A DNA stretch of 52,412 nt from Acidobacteriota bacterium (GCA_002731215.1 PCAP01000015.1:1-52412); one strand, 5' to 3'; shown: positions 39,664 through 49,530, numbered from the stretch's first letter. A program made the numbers and translations. The notes: generated from the sequence alone by a model not told the origin.

Positions 39664-40083
39664 ATGTTTTCGGACGATCAGTCGAGGCGGCGAGTTAGCC
39701 TCGACATTTCACCACTGCTGGACGTTGTCTTCCTGTTACTTATCTTCTTTCTCGTCACTACGACGTTCATGCCCGATGCAAGCATGGAACTAGAGCTCCC
39801 AGAATCAACCACTGCTACTCAGTCTGAGGTTGTGCCGACCATGGTTACAGTTGGTGAAGATGGTGGTGTTCAGATCGATGGTGACAGTGTTTCAATCCAG
39901 GAATTGGAGCGCGCCGTTGCTGCGTTATTGCCAGAGGAGCGGGAGAAGATAACCGTTCGCGCTGATGCCCGTGTTGATTATGGCGTCATCGTTCGCATCA
40001 TCGACGCCCTACGTAATGCTGGTGTCGATGCTTTATCGTTGCCTATGGATACGGTTCAGGGCAATGCGGGGCGCGAGCGATAG
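39664..40083 (+). CDS. exbD: ExbD/TolR biopolymer transport protein
   Basis: ISPLLDVVFLLLIFFLVT, RADARVDYG. Confidence 0.9.
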   Translation: MFSDDQSRRRVSLDISPLLDVVFLLLIFFLVTTTFMPDASMELELPESTTATQSEVVPTMVTVGEDGGVQIDGDSVSIQELERAVAALLPEEREKITVRADARVDYGVIVRIIDALRNAGVDALSLPMDTVQGNAGRER

Positions 40084-40119
40084 GCGGGGCGCAAGCAAGT
40101 ATCCGGCGTTATCTCTCGA

Positions 40120-41094
40120 ATGCCTAGCCAATCTCCTGTGATCGTGGTTGTTGGGCCGACGTCCGCAGGCAAATCTTCCCTGGCTGTTGCGGTTTCCGAG
40201 TGGTTCGGGGGCGAGGTTGTCTCTGCTGACGCATTTCAGGTTTACCGGGGCTTAGATATTGGTACCGGTAAAATAGACGCAAGCTCAGCGCGCGGAATCC
40301 CACATCACTGTATCGACGTTGCCGACCCCAATGAACACTACAGTGCAGGTCGGTACGCGCGTGAAGCATCTTCAGTAATCTCTGCGGTCCAATCACGGGG
40401 GAACATGGCAGTAATAGCTGGGGGTAGTGGTTTCTATATTCGTGCCCTAATCAATGGTTTGACCCCACTACCCAAGCAAGATGAGCGTTGGCGTAACGCC
40501 CTTGAAGCTGTGGAAACTAGCCGTGGCTTCGGCTACCTGTTTACGATGTTGCAGGTACTAGACCCCGAGTGGGCACAGGCAATAGGCAAGTCTGACCGCC
40601 AACGAACTTTCCGTGGTCTGGAGGTGACGTTGCGACTTGGTGTCCCGATGAGTGCCCTCCTTGAGCAGCAAGGATGGAGCGGCCCACACTTTGATGCAAT
40701 TTGGGTTGGACTGACCAGCCCGCGGAAGCAGCTATACAAGCGCATCGAGGGACGCATTGACAAAATGCTCTCAGATGGGTGGTTGGATGAAGTGCGGCGT
40801 CTGCTTAGTAGCGGGTGCACACCAGAATCGCCTGGAATGCGGGCAATTGGCTACCGAGATCTCGTTGCTCATCTCGCGGGTGAAATAAGCCTCGGTGAGG
40901 CGCGCGAAGCGGTCGTCCGTGCCACACGTCAGTATGCTAAGAGACAACTAACTTGGTTTCGGCGCCAATCACCAGCAATATTTTTCGAGATTGATGAGGC
41001 TGATGATGCAAATCGGAAGCGGGTCTATGACGAAATCCGTGCTGACCTTGAAGATAGACTGACGTGCTACCGTTACCAGCACGAGCCTGGCTGA
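40120..41094 (+). CDS. miaA: tRNA dimethylallyltransferase
   Basis: GPTSAGKS, DAFQVYRGLDIGTGK, GGSGFY, AIGY, TRQYAKRQLTWF. Confidence 0.96.
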   Translation: MPSQSPVIVVVGPTSAGKSSLAVAVSEWFGGEVVSADAFQVYRGLDIGTGKIDASSARGIPHHCIDVADPNEHYSAGRYAREASSVISAVQSRGNMAVIAGGSGFYIRALINGLTPLPKQDERWRNALEAVETSRGFGYLFTMLQVLDPEWAQAIGKSDRQRTFRGLEVTLRLGVPMSALLEQQGWSGPHFDAIWVGLTSPRKQLYKRIEGRIDKMLSDGWLDEVRRLLSSGCTPESPGMRAIGYRDLVAHLAGEISLGEAREAVVRATRQYAKRQLTWFRRQSPAIFFEIDEADDANRKRVYDEIRADLEDRLTCYRYQHEPG

Positions 41095-41097
41095 AGC

Positions 41098-42465
41098 ATG
41101 TGGATTGATACGTTTCCAACCTTTCGCGCGGTTCTCGTTGCCATATCGCTGATTATGCTATCCGCGTGCGCGACGACGGACACTCGCATGGCGCCATCGG
41201 TGGCGGTGGATATCCTAGTGCGCCGCTACGTGCTTGATTATGCAAACGTACCACCCGCGCCTGGCGATCTCGCTCCAGATATCCAGCCAGCCTGGGCCGC
41301 GTTGCGCGCGGGTGACAGTCTTGAAGCCCGTCAAGTGCTCGATTTGGCAACAACGGAAAGCCGTGACACAGCAGGGGCTAATACCGCAGAAGGCCTACTT
41401 TTGTTGGCAAGTGGCGCTACTGCTGAGGCTTACTCCTGTTTTCAGCGGGCAGTGGCCCAATCTCCCGACTACCCGATTGCCTTGTATGGCCTAGGGTTTC
41501 TTGCAGAGGCCCAAGGTGACCGCGCTGCGGGATTCAACTGGTACCGTCAGGCTGTTAACGTCGACCCCGGCCTGTCGGCGGCAGTTGTGCGCCTCCAGGT
41601 GTTGGAGCTTGAAGAGGCCCAAGAACTTGTCTCTCAGGGGGAGCAGGCGGAGGAGGCTGGAGCTACTGCCGCTGCCCTGGTCGCGTACGAATCAGCACTA
41701 CAACTTGGCCCTAATATTCTTGAGCCATACCTTCGAATCGCTGAGATTCAGCGTCGTTCTAGTAACCTTGATTCAGCCGTACGAACCTTGCGCTTGGCGC
41801 GCGACCGGATCGGCGAACTGCATGTGATCCTCGAACCGCTTGGTCGTGCTTTGCAAGACAATGGTGAATATGGCGACGCATATGGAGTCTTCCAAGCGCT
41901 TGAAGACATCGTTCCTGGGGATCCAAAGGTGCGTGCCCTGGTAGAGGTGGCAGGCGAGCTTTACTTCACTTCAGATCTGCCGGTGGAGTATCGCGGATTG
42001 GAGCAGAAGCCGATGATCGTTCGCGAAGACTTAGCTGCGCTGATCGCCATCCAACTTGAAGATCTCAGGGAGCGTGTTAGGGAATCGCTCTCCGGGGTGA
42101 TCATGATCGATATCGATGACTCATGGGCTCAGGACTATATTCGCGAGGTCGTTGCATGGCGGATTATGGAGCCGTTCCAGAATCATGCTTTTCGCACAGA
42201 CCTTGAGGTCAGTAGGATGATGTTCGCTGAAGTGGTGTATCGGGTCCTTGAACTCATTGATGCCACCGGAAAGATCCACCCGGTCAGTCCCACCGATGTT
42301 AGTTCGGCTCACTACCTTTATGAGCGGATCCTTGTAGTGGTTGGTCAGGGTATCCTCCCCCTGGGGCCTCGAAACACCTTTGGACTTCTCGAGCCGGTAT
42401 CAGGCAAAGAGGCCGCAGCAGCAATGCAGCGGCTAGTACGTTTGGCGCGTAGCTCTGGCGATTGA
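41098..42465 (+). CDS. TPR-repeat lipoprotein with C-terminal SLH-like domains
   Basis: LSAC lipobox; TPR-like repeats (FQRAVAQSP, YRQAVNVDP, YESALQLGP); DIDDSWAQDYI..FR..VSRMMFA and TDVSSAHY..GIL..TF..VSGKEAA resemble SLH. Confidence 0.72.
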   Translation: MWIDTFPTFRAVLVAISLIMLSACATTDTRMAPSVAVDILVRRYVLDYANVPPAPGDLAPDIQPAWAALRAGDSLEARQVLDLATTESRDTAGANTAEGLLLLASGATAEAYSCFQRAVAQSPDYPIALYGLGFLAEAQGDRAAGFNWYRQAVNVDPGLSAAVVRLQVLELEEAQELVSQGEQAEEAGATAAALVAYESALQLGPNILEPYLRIAEIQRRSSNLDSAVRTLRLARDRIGELHVILEPLGRALQDNGEYGDAYGVFQALEDIVPGDPKVRALVEVAGELYFTSDLPVEYRGLEQKPMIVREDLAALIAIQLEDLRERVRESLSGVIMIDIDDSWAQDYIREVVAWRIMEPFQNHAFRTDLEVSRMMFAEVVYRVLELIDATGKIHPVSPTDVSSAHYLYERILVVVGQGILPLGPRNTFGLLEPVSGKEAAAAMQRLVRLARSSGD

Positions 42466-42555
42466 TCTATTTAAGGCTCCGCGATAGCATAAAATTTCTC
42501 TTGCATGCTCCTTTTACTCTCCCTGGTGCGCGATCAATTGCTTATAGGTTCGTAG

Positions 42556-43011
42556 ATGAGCGACCCGGATTTTCCCGCCTGCTCTTCGACCCGTGAGTCA
42601 CTCTCGGTTGTTGACGGAGATAAGGTCGAAGTGGCTTTTGAGGCAGACCCTCTAAGGGTAGTGGTAAGCAGTGTGCTTGCTTGGGTGATGCCCGGACTTG
42701 GGCACATTGCTAGTGGACGCGTTATGCGAGGCATCGTGTTTGCGATTGTCGTGCTGTCACTATTTCTTGGTGGCATCCTGTTGGATGGGAAGGTCTACCG
42801 GCCCGAACCTGGGCAGCCGCTCAGTTATCTTGCTGCCGTGGGTGCGGCTGGCGTGGGCCTTCCGTATGTTGCTGCCCACCAGGCCGGGTGGAATCTCGGG
42901 GATATTCGGTCGCAAAGCCATGAGTATGGGAACACATTCACACTTGTAGCTGGTCTGTTGAACTTGTTGATCGTACTTGATGCTTACGACGTCGCTGCCG
43001 GCAGGCGCTAG
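42556..43011 (+). CDS. Conserved hypothetical membrane protein (DUF6677-like)
   Basis: AWVMPGLGH, EYGNTFTLVAGLLNLLIVLDAYD; several TM segments; family recalled, not searched. Confidence 0.7.
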   Translation: MSDPDFPACSSTRESLSVVDGDKVEVAFEADPLRVVVSSVLAWVMPGLGHIASGRVMRGIVFAIVVLSLFLGGILLDGKVYRPEPGQPLSYLAAVGAAGVGLPYVAAHQAGWNLGDIRSQSHEYGNTFTLVAGLLNLLIVLDAYDVAAGRR

Positions 43012-43019
43012 GAATCGCG

Positions 43020-43193
43020 GTGCACAGTCACTTTTTGTACATGGTGGTCTTTGCTGCGGCGGTTGGCGTTGTTCTCGGGGCTATGTTGCGCAGGGAGTTG
43101 GGTGAGGCGGTGTGGCTCGCAATGTGGATTACCTTAGGAATGGTTGGAACGGCCCTGCTTCTCGCTTGGGCGATGTACTTCGTTTCACACTGA
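43020..43193 (+). CDS. Small two-TM membrane protein, 57 aa (not in ORF track)
   Basis: GTG start after AGGA; MHSHFLYMVVFAAAVGVVLGAMLRRELGEAVWLAMWITLGMVGTALLLAWAMYFVSH; fills the gap between co-oriented genes. Confidence 0.75.
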   Translation: MHSHFLYMVVFAAAVGVVLGAMLRRELGEAVWLAMWITLGMVGTALLLAWAMYFVSH

Positions 43194-43206
43194 GATATCG
43201 GCTGAC

Positions 43207-43599
43207 TTGGCAATCACACTGTTGTATTGGTTCCCGGCAATCGCCACTGCTTCTCTTATCGCATGGCTTTCGCACCAGCCGTCCCTCCCCGATCTGCCAG
43301 GTCCAATCGAAATTCCTGATTGGTTTGCTCACATACTTGAGTATGGCTTCTTTGAGTTAACCGTTCTTTACGGGATTACCCGAGGATTCCAGGAGGGGAG
43401 ACGCACGATGGTTCGAGTTGTTGCCTCTGTAACCATGGGTAGCCTTTATGGAATTACTGACGAGTGGCATCAGAGTTTCACGTTTGGCCGGGATGCCTCG
43501 GTATGGGACTGGACGGCCGACACGGTTGGCGCGGTTCTAGCTGGGTCCATGGTTATTGGTATATGGCGACGGATGGCTGCCTTACAGCCACGGGTGTAA
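43207..43599 (+). CDS. VanZ-family membrane protein (start uncertain)
   Basis: DWFAHILEYG, YGITDEWHQSF..GRDASVWDWTAD. Confidence 0.85.
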   Translation: MAITLLYWFPAIATASLIAWLSHQPSLPDLPGPIEIPDWFAHILEYGFFELTVLYGITRGFQEGRRTMVRVVASVTMGSLYGITDEWHQSFTFGRDASVWDWTADTVGAVLAGSMVIGIWRRMAALQPRV

Positions 43600-43769
43600 T
43601 ATTCCTCTTCATACCAGTTGGGCATTGATTCGAGGGCTTTACTCCAGGGGCATCTCTTGCTCTGCCGCCGATGCCCCATCTTCCGCTCGCTCTCGGAAAT
43701 CGGAAGTGACAAGTTGATGCATAGAATGATTCAGATCATCGAGGATTCCCGCAACTTAGGGAGAAGCGG

Positions 43770-44825
43770 TTGAAGCGCATCGCGGTGATCCCAGGAGACG
43801 GCATTGGCAATGAGGTTACAGAAGCCGCGATGCACGTCGCGGAGGTTGCTGCGGCGACTTTTGGAGTCGATGTCGAGTGCAAATGGTTCGATTACGGTGC
43901 CGACACCTACCTGAAAACAGGTGTTGGGCTTCCAGAGGGTGCCCTCGAGAGTTTGCGGGACGACTTCGATGCTATTTACCTTGGGGCTTTGGGTGATCCT
44001 CGCATTCCCGATATGGCGCATGGCAAGGAAATCCTGCTTGGTCTGCGCTTTGGTCTTGACCTGTTTGTGAATTATCGCCCGGTCAAACTTCTCAACGAGC
44101 GCCTTTGTCCTCTGAAAGACCGGACAGTCGAAGATCTCGATTTCGTTGTTTTGCGAGAAAACACTGAAGGTGCGTACGTTGGGGTTGGGGGAATCTTCAA
44201 GCAGGGGACCGCTGATGAAGTAGCGCTGCAGGAGGATGTGAACACGAGGAAGGGTGTCGAACGTATAATTCGCTATGCTTTTGAGTATGCTCGCAACCAT
44301 GGGCGTAAGAGCGTCGTTATGAGCGACAAAAGCAACGTGCTGCGCTACGGACACGATCTGTGGCAGCGTGTTTTCGAGGAAGTACGGACGGAGTACGAAG
44401 ACATTGAGTCGTGGCACCTGTTCGTCGATGCTCTCACAATGCAAATTGTAAAGAACCCGGCGCAGTTTGATGTCATTGTCACGTGCAACATGTTCGGCGA
44501 CATCGTCACAGATCTCTGCGCAGAACTTCAAGGTGGTCTAGGTTTGGCATCTTCCGCTAATCTGAACCCGCAAACCGGTGCAGGGCTTTTTGAGCCGGTT
44601 CACGGGTCAGCGCCGAAATATTCCGGCCAAGGCGTGGCGAACCCGTTGGCCGCCATTCTCACGTCGCAACTGATGTTCGAGTTTCTCCAGTATCATGAAG
44701 TTGGCGCGGCGATCGAGAATGCTGTTCGCGCATCGATCATTGACGGCCAGGTAACTCGTGATCTCGGTGGCAACCTTAAGACTGAAGAGGTTGCTATTGC
44801 GGTTGCCGACCGGGTCGGCGGGTGA
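43770..44825 (+). CDS. leuB: 3-isopropylmalate dehydrogenase / beta-decarboxylating dehydrogenase
   Basis: IPGDGIGNEV, RENTEGAY, NMFGDIVTDL, FEPVHGSAP. Confidence 0.8.
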   Translation: MKRIAVIPGDGIGNEVTEAAMHVAEVAAATFGVDVECKWFDYGADTYLKTGVGLPEGALESLRDDFDAIYLGALGDPRIPDMAHGKEILLGLRFGLDLFVNYRPVKLLNERLCPLKDRTVEDLDFVVLRENTEGAYVGVGGIFKQGTADEVALQEDVNTRKGVERIIRYAFEYARNHGRKSVVMSDKSNVLRYGHDLWQRVFEEVRTEYEDIESWHLFVDALTMQIVKNPAQFDVIVTCNMFGDIVTDLCAELQGGLGLASSANLNPQTGAGLFEPVHGSAPKYSGQGVANPLAAILTSQLMFEFLQYHEVGAAIENAVRASIIDGQVTRDLGGNLKTEEVAIAVADRVGG

Positions 44826-44841
44826 ATTACGGAGAAGTCGA

Positions 44842-46035
44842 ATGAGCCAAGAAGCATGGATTCTGGAGGGCGCACGTACGGCGATGTGCCGCTACGTTGG
44901 CCAGTTTGCTGACGTCTCGGCCATTGAGTTAGGGGCGGTTGCATCCAAGGGTGCTTTAGATCGCTCCGGGACTGATCCGGCCCACGTAGACCATGTCATC
45001 ATTGGCAATGCCCAGCAAACATCCCCGGACGCCATCTATGGAGCGCGCCATGTTGGACTAAAGGCCGGTGTTAGCGAAGCGACGCCAGCATTAACCGTGA
45101 ATCGGTTGTGTGGGTCTGGCATTCAATCGATTCTTGCGGCGGCACAGTTGCTACATCTCGGGGAAGCTGACGTAGTTCTCGCAGGTGGTATGGAGAATAT
45201 GAGCCAGGCACCTCACGTCATTTACGGAGCACGAAAAGGCTTTTCCCTGGGTGGCGGGAAAATGCAGGATTCGTTAACGCTGGCCCTACTGGATCCTTAT
45301 TGCGGCTGCACCATGTCGCAGACTAGTGACAATTTATCCAATCGCTTCGAGATTAGCCGTGAGGAGCAAGATAAATACGCACTCGGTAGCCAGCAAAGGG
45401 CAGCAGGAGCCCAAGAACGTGGGCTATTTGCCGAAGAGATCGTTCCGGTTGAGGTTAAGACTCGCAAGGGTACACACTTCGTCGATACGGACGATCACCT
45501 TCGGCCGGAAACCATGCTCGAGGATTTGGCCAAGCTCAAGCCGGCATTTGGCCCAGACTCTTACGTCACCGCCGGCAATGCCAGCGGAGTGGTTGATGGT
45601 GCTGCTGCCGTTGTGGTGGCGAGCGCAGAATGGGCCGTAGAACACGGCAAGAAACCAATCGGAAAGGTCATTTCGTGGGGAATAGTCGGAGTGGAACCAG
45701 CTTACATGGGAATCGGTCCCGTACCTGCCAGCAAGTTAGCGCTTCAGAAAGCTGGGTGGGGACTCGAAGATGTTGATCTTATCGAGGTGAATGAGGCATT
45801 CGCGGGGCAGTACCTTGCAGTGGAACGAGAGCTTGGCCTCGATCGTGAACGCACCAACGTCAACGGTGGCTCAATTGCGCTTGGTCATCCTTTGGGGGCG
45901 ACTGGGACTCGTTTGGTTTACACGCTACTCAAGGAACTGAATCGTCGCGGTGGTGGTCGTGGTCTGGCGACTGCGTGCATTGGTGGCGGTCAGGGCATCG
46001 CGATGTGCGTGGAGGTCGATGCCAATGTCATCTGA
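44842..46035 (+). CDS. Acetyl-CoA C-acyltransferase (thiolase)
   Basis: [37 protein letters not shown]; ATG 44842 after GGAG. Confidence 0.95.
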   Translation: MSQEAWILEGARTAMCRYVGQFADVSAIELGAVASKGALDRSGTDPAHVDHVIIGNAQQTSPDAIYGARHVGLKAGVSEATPALTVNRLCGSGIQSILAAAQLLHLGEADVVLAGGMENMSQAPHVIYGARKGFSLGGGKMQDSLTLALLDPYCGCTMSQTSDNLSNRFEISREEQDKYALGSQQRAAGAQERGLFAEEIVPVEVKTRKGTHFVDTDDHLRPETMLEDLAKLKPAFGPDSYVTAGNASGVVDGAAAVVVASAEWAVEHGKKPIGKVISWGIVGVEPAYMGIGPVPASKLALQKAGWGLEDVDLIEVNEAFAGQYLAVERELGLDRERTNVNGGSIALGHPLGATGTRLVYTLLKELNRRGGGRGLATACIGGGQGIAMCVEVDANVI

Positions 46036-46822
46036 CAGTGGTGACTATGAGAACCTGATTGTCGATTTTAAGGACACCGTTGCTACCATCACGATCAACC
46101 GTCCCGATGTTCTCAACGCACTTAATGCTGAGACCATCCGTGAGCTTGGTGAGGCGGTTGACTTCTTGGCGGCAGACGACAGGTGCCATGTTCTAATTAT
46201 TACCGGTGCTGGTGAACAAGCATTCGTGGCAGGGGCAGATATAAGTGTGCTAGCCACCTACGACCCGGTAGACGCACGAGAGGCTGCGCGCTTCGGACAG
46301 GCAACTTTCGATAAGATCGAGGAGTGTGGTAAGCCTGTTATAGCAGCAATTAACGGGTATGCGCTTGGAGGTGGCTTCGAGCTCGCGCTGGCATGCCACA
46401 TTCGATTTGCAGCGGAAGGTGCCCAGGTCGGTCTGCCGGAAATCGACCTCGGGGTTATTCCTGGGCATGGCGGGACTCAACGTTTGACAAGGTTGCTTGG
46501 GAAAAGCGCGGCGATCAAACTGATTTGCAGTGGCGCCCACGTAAACGCCACCGATGCCGTAAGCCTCGGTTTGGTTAACGCCGTCTATCCAGCCGATTCG
46601 TTGATGGAAGCTGTCTATGGGTTTGCCATAAAGTTGGCCAGCAAGCCACGAATTGCGATGCGATATGCACTGGAAGCGGTTAACCAGGGTTTGAATGTGA
46701 CGCTGAAGGAAGGTCAGGCGATTGAGGCCGACCTCTTTGGTTTGTGCTTTGCTACTGAGGATCAGACCGAGGGGATGAATGCATTTCTGGAGAAACGGAA
46801 AGCGAATTGGAAAGGTCGTTAA
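46025..46822 (+). CDS. Enoyl-CoA hydratase (crotonase)
   Basis: INRPDVLNAL, FVAGADI, ALGGGFELALAC, GLPEIDLGVIPG (both catalytic Glu), EGMNAFLEKR. Confidence 0.93.
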   Translation: MSSDSGDYENLIVDFKDTVATITINRPDVLNALNAETIRELGEAVDFLAADDRCHVLIITGAGEQAFVAGADISVLATYDPVDAREAARFGQATFDKIEECGKPVIAAINGYALGGGFELALACHIRFAAEGAQVGLPEIDLGVIPGHGGTQRLTRLLGKSAAIKLICSGAHVNATDAVSLGLVNAVYPADSLMEAVYGFAIKLASKPRIAMRYALEAVNQGLNVTLKEGQAIEADLFGLCFATEDQTEGMNAFLEKRKANWKGR

Positions 46823-48069
46823 AAGCCAAGGAACTTACGACGGCTATACCGAACGAATCTAAGCTCATTTACGACTGGAATGCTCTGAGTGGCACCAGTG
46901 AAGAGGTGGGCCTTGTGGAGTTTAACGACGAGACTCTACGAGATGGGCTCCAGTCACCCTCGGCACGCGATCCTAGCATCGAGTCTAAGCTGCAAATCCT
47001 CCATCTGATGGAGAGCATTGGTATTAATAGCGCTTCTCTTGGTCTCCCAGGTGCCTCGGCAAGGCAACGCAACGACGTTAAGCGGTTGGCTGAGGAGATC
47101 CGCGACGAAAGCTTGGGCATCAGTCCCAACTGCGCCGCCCGTACAGTAATTGCGGACATCGAACCGATAATAGAAGTTGGCGATGAGGTTGGTATCCCTA
47201 TCGAGGTAGCCTGCTTTATCGGCTCCAGTCCAATCCGTCAATATGCTGAGGACTGGAACATCGACCTTCTGCTTCGTCATAGCGAGGATGCAGTAAAGTT
47301 CGCTGTCGACCATGGTGCGCCGGTTATGTTTGTCACTGAGGACACAACCCGAACGCCTCCGGAGACCGTCGCCCGGTTGTACACAGCCGCGATCGAGGCT
47401 GGTGCTCGCCGTATCTGTGTGTGCGACACCGTAGGCCATGCCACCCCGCCGGGCGTGAGATCCCTTATTGCTTTCGTAAAAAGTGTGGTCTCCAAAACCG
47501 GAGAAGATGTCGCAATTGACTGGCATGGTCACGAGGACCGCTATCTCGGTGTGTGGAACACACTTGCAGCACTCCAGGCTGGTGCCAGTCGGGCTCATGG
47601 CACGGCGTTTGGTGTCGGCGAACGTTGTGGTAATACGGCAATGGATCAACTCTTGATTAACTGCCGGCTGCTCGGATGGATCAGCAATGACCTTTCCATG
47701 CTTAGCAAGTATTGCAAGGTGGCTTCAGAAGCCATTGGTATACCAATTCCGTCGAACCACCCAGTAGTTGGCATCGATGCTTTTCGAACTGGGACCGGAG
47801 TACACGCGGCCGCCGTTATTAAGGCGCAAGCGAAAGGCGATGAGTGGCTCGCCGACCGGGTCTATTCGGGAGTTCCGGCCTCAATGGTTGGGCGTCAACA
47901 ACAAATCGAGGTCGGTCCAATGAGCGGGGCCTCTAACGTTGAGTATCGTCTCCAAGCACTTGGTATCGAGCCGAATCCAGACAGAGTTACGGCGGTTCTG
48001 CTCGCGGCGAAGAAAGCCGATCATATCCTCGACGACAAGGAAATAAAGGCCGCCTTGGTGGTTAGCTGA
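46807..48069 (+). CDS. DRE-TIM metallolyase, short LeuA-like (2-isopropylmalate/homocitrate/citramalate synthase family)
   Basis: DETLRDGLQ, DTVG, HGHED, GVGERCGN, GVHA; ends without the C-terminal allosteric domain. Confidence 0.85.
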   Translation: MERSLKAKELTTAIPNESKLIYDWNALSGTSEEVGLVEFNDETLRDGLQSPSARDPSIESKLQILHLMESIGINSASLGLPGASARQRNDVKRLAEEIRDESLGISPNCAARTVIADIEPIIEVGDEVGIPIEVACFIGSSPIRQYAEDWNIDLLLRHSEDAVKFAVDHGAPVMFVTEDTTRTPPETVARLYTAAIEAGARRICVCDTVGHATPPGVRSLIAFVKSVVSKTGEDVAIDWHGHEDRYLGVWNTLAALQAGASRAHGTAFGVGERCGNTAMDQLLINCRLLGWISNDLSMLSKYCKVASEAIGIPIPSNHPVVGIDAFRTGTGVHAAAVIKAQAKGDEWLADRVYSGVPASMVGRQQQIEVGPMSGASNVEYRLQALGIEPNPDRVTAVLLAAKKADHILDDKEIKAALVVS

Positions 48070-49120
48070 AGACAATCGGTGGGATCTTCACCGGGACAAG
48101 CATGAACGAGGTGACGAAAATCGCCAGTGCGATTAACGTTAAAACAACTCTGGTCGCCCCCAGTTTTTGTCCATGATTGATGGGAAGAGGTTTGCCAAGG
48201 CCACCCATAATGAACAGTGCCGCTACGACGATGGCGAAGAGTATCCATCCGGGAAAGAAGCGGAAACCAGCGAAAAACATCAGTATTAGCACAGCGAAAG
48301 ATATGGCCCGATGCCATTGTGGTATCAGCGAGTACAGTAAGTGACCGCCGTCAAGCTGTCCGACGGGCAGTAAGTTCATCGCTGTAATCAGTAAGGCAAA
48401 CCAGCCGACGAAAGCCAGCGGGTGCATAACAAGGTCTTGTGCTGGCCCAACCTCTGGACCGAAAAAGCGTGCCATCGGTCCCCACAGAAGTGGTTCGCCC
48501 AGTGTCAAGTAGAAACCGCTAGTTTCGATCTCAATGGTGCTCACAACGCGCGATTGCGAGAGGCCGTAGCCAAGGATTGGTAACGCTGCGATCCAGCCAG
48601 CGATAGGCCCTGCGACGGCAATGTCGAACAGAGCTCTCCGACTTGTAATTGTCCCTCGTATCCGGATCACGGCACCCATCGTGCCAGGCAGCAGGGTAGG
48701 GACCAAGTTGGGCGGCGGAAGGGGCAGGAAATAGGGGAGGCTAGCCGCGATGCCATAGTGTCGGCAGGTTAGGTAGTGGCCCATCTCGTGCGCCAACAAA
48801 ATCGCGATCACTGCCACACCAAATGGGAACCCTCCCAGAAGAGCGGATGGAGCCTCAAGAGGGTTCGAAGTCAAAACATTGCGTAGCTCTCCAGAATAAA
48901 ATTGCTGATACTGGATAAACCCCCAATAGATGCAACTCGTGAACGTCAACACAAACAGGACAATGTTCATGCCGATCCGCGGAGGGCGGTCATGTTTCCT
49001 GGGCATACCTTGCCCCTCATAACCGGGCCCAGGCGGCTGTTGCTGGTTGGCAACCGATGGGTCATGGCCCGTTTGCTCCAGCAAACTTAGAGGCCTATCT
49101 CTATCCTTTGTTTCAGACAC
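48062..49120 (-). CDS. Site-2 protease (M50) family membrane metalloprotease
   Basis: AHEMGH, IAVAGP, NLLPVGQLDGGH. Confidence 0.93.
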   Translation of the reverse strand: MSETKDRDRPLSLLEQTGHDPSVANQQQPPGPGYEGQGMPRKHDRPPRIGMNIVLFVLTFTSCIYWGFIQYQQFYSGELRNVLTSNPLEAPSALLGGFPFGVAVIAILLAHEMGHYLTCRHYGIAASLPYFLPLPPPNLVPTLLPGTMGAVIRIRGTITSRRALFDIAVAGPIAGWIAALPILGYGLSQSRVVSTIEIETSGFYLTLGEPLLWGPMARFFGPEVGPAQDLVMHPLAFVGWFALLITAMNLLPVGQLDGGHLLYSLIPQWHRAISFAVLILMFFAGFRFFPGWILFAIVVAALFIMGGLGKPLPINHGQKLGATRVVLTLIALAIFVTSFMLVPVKIPPIVFS

Positions 49121-49227
49121 GTGTCCACACCGATTGATACTTACCTCGAGAAATTCGGGACTGGAGGCTCTTAATAGATACTAACAATGGGGCGGAGAAT
49201 TCCGACTAGTTAGAGAGGGAAAGTATC

Positions 49228-49497
49228 TCAGCCTATGTTGCTAAGATTTTTACCGGGCCGGAACCGGGTCGATTTCCCCGGGGGGATAATAATTTCTTGA
49301 CCAGTGCGCGGGTTGCGTCCAATACCCCGTTTGCGAGGTCTAACCTCAAAGACGCCGAAACCACGCAATTCGATCCGGTCACCTTGGGCTAGCGCATTTT
49401 TAAGGGCGCCAATAATCGCATTAACTGCGGATTCTGCACTCACCTTAGTGATGCGGGCTTCCCGGGCAATAATTTCGACAAGATCTGCTTTTACCAT
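49228..49497 (-). CDS. HU/IHF-family DNA-binding protein
   Basis: MVKADL, IELRGFGVF, GRNPRTG, FRPGK; GAGG SD before ATG 49497. Confidence 0.93.
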   Translation of the reverse strand: MVKADLVEIIAREARITKVSAESAVNAIIGALKNALAQGDRIELRGFGVFEVRPRKRGIGRNPRTGQEIIIPPGKSTRFRPGKNLSNIG

Positions 49498-49530
49498 GGA
49501 AACCTCGAATTGCGGGATCAGAAGAGGCGA

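Noticed and set aside
43144-43206. ORF-track start of the VanZ-like gene
   Set aside because: It overlaps the 57-aa membrane ORF in another frame; a later TTG is more plausible.
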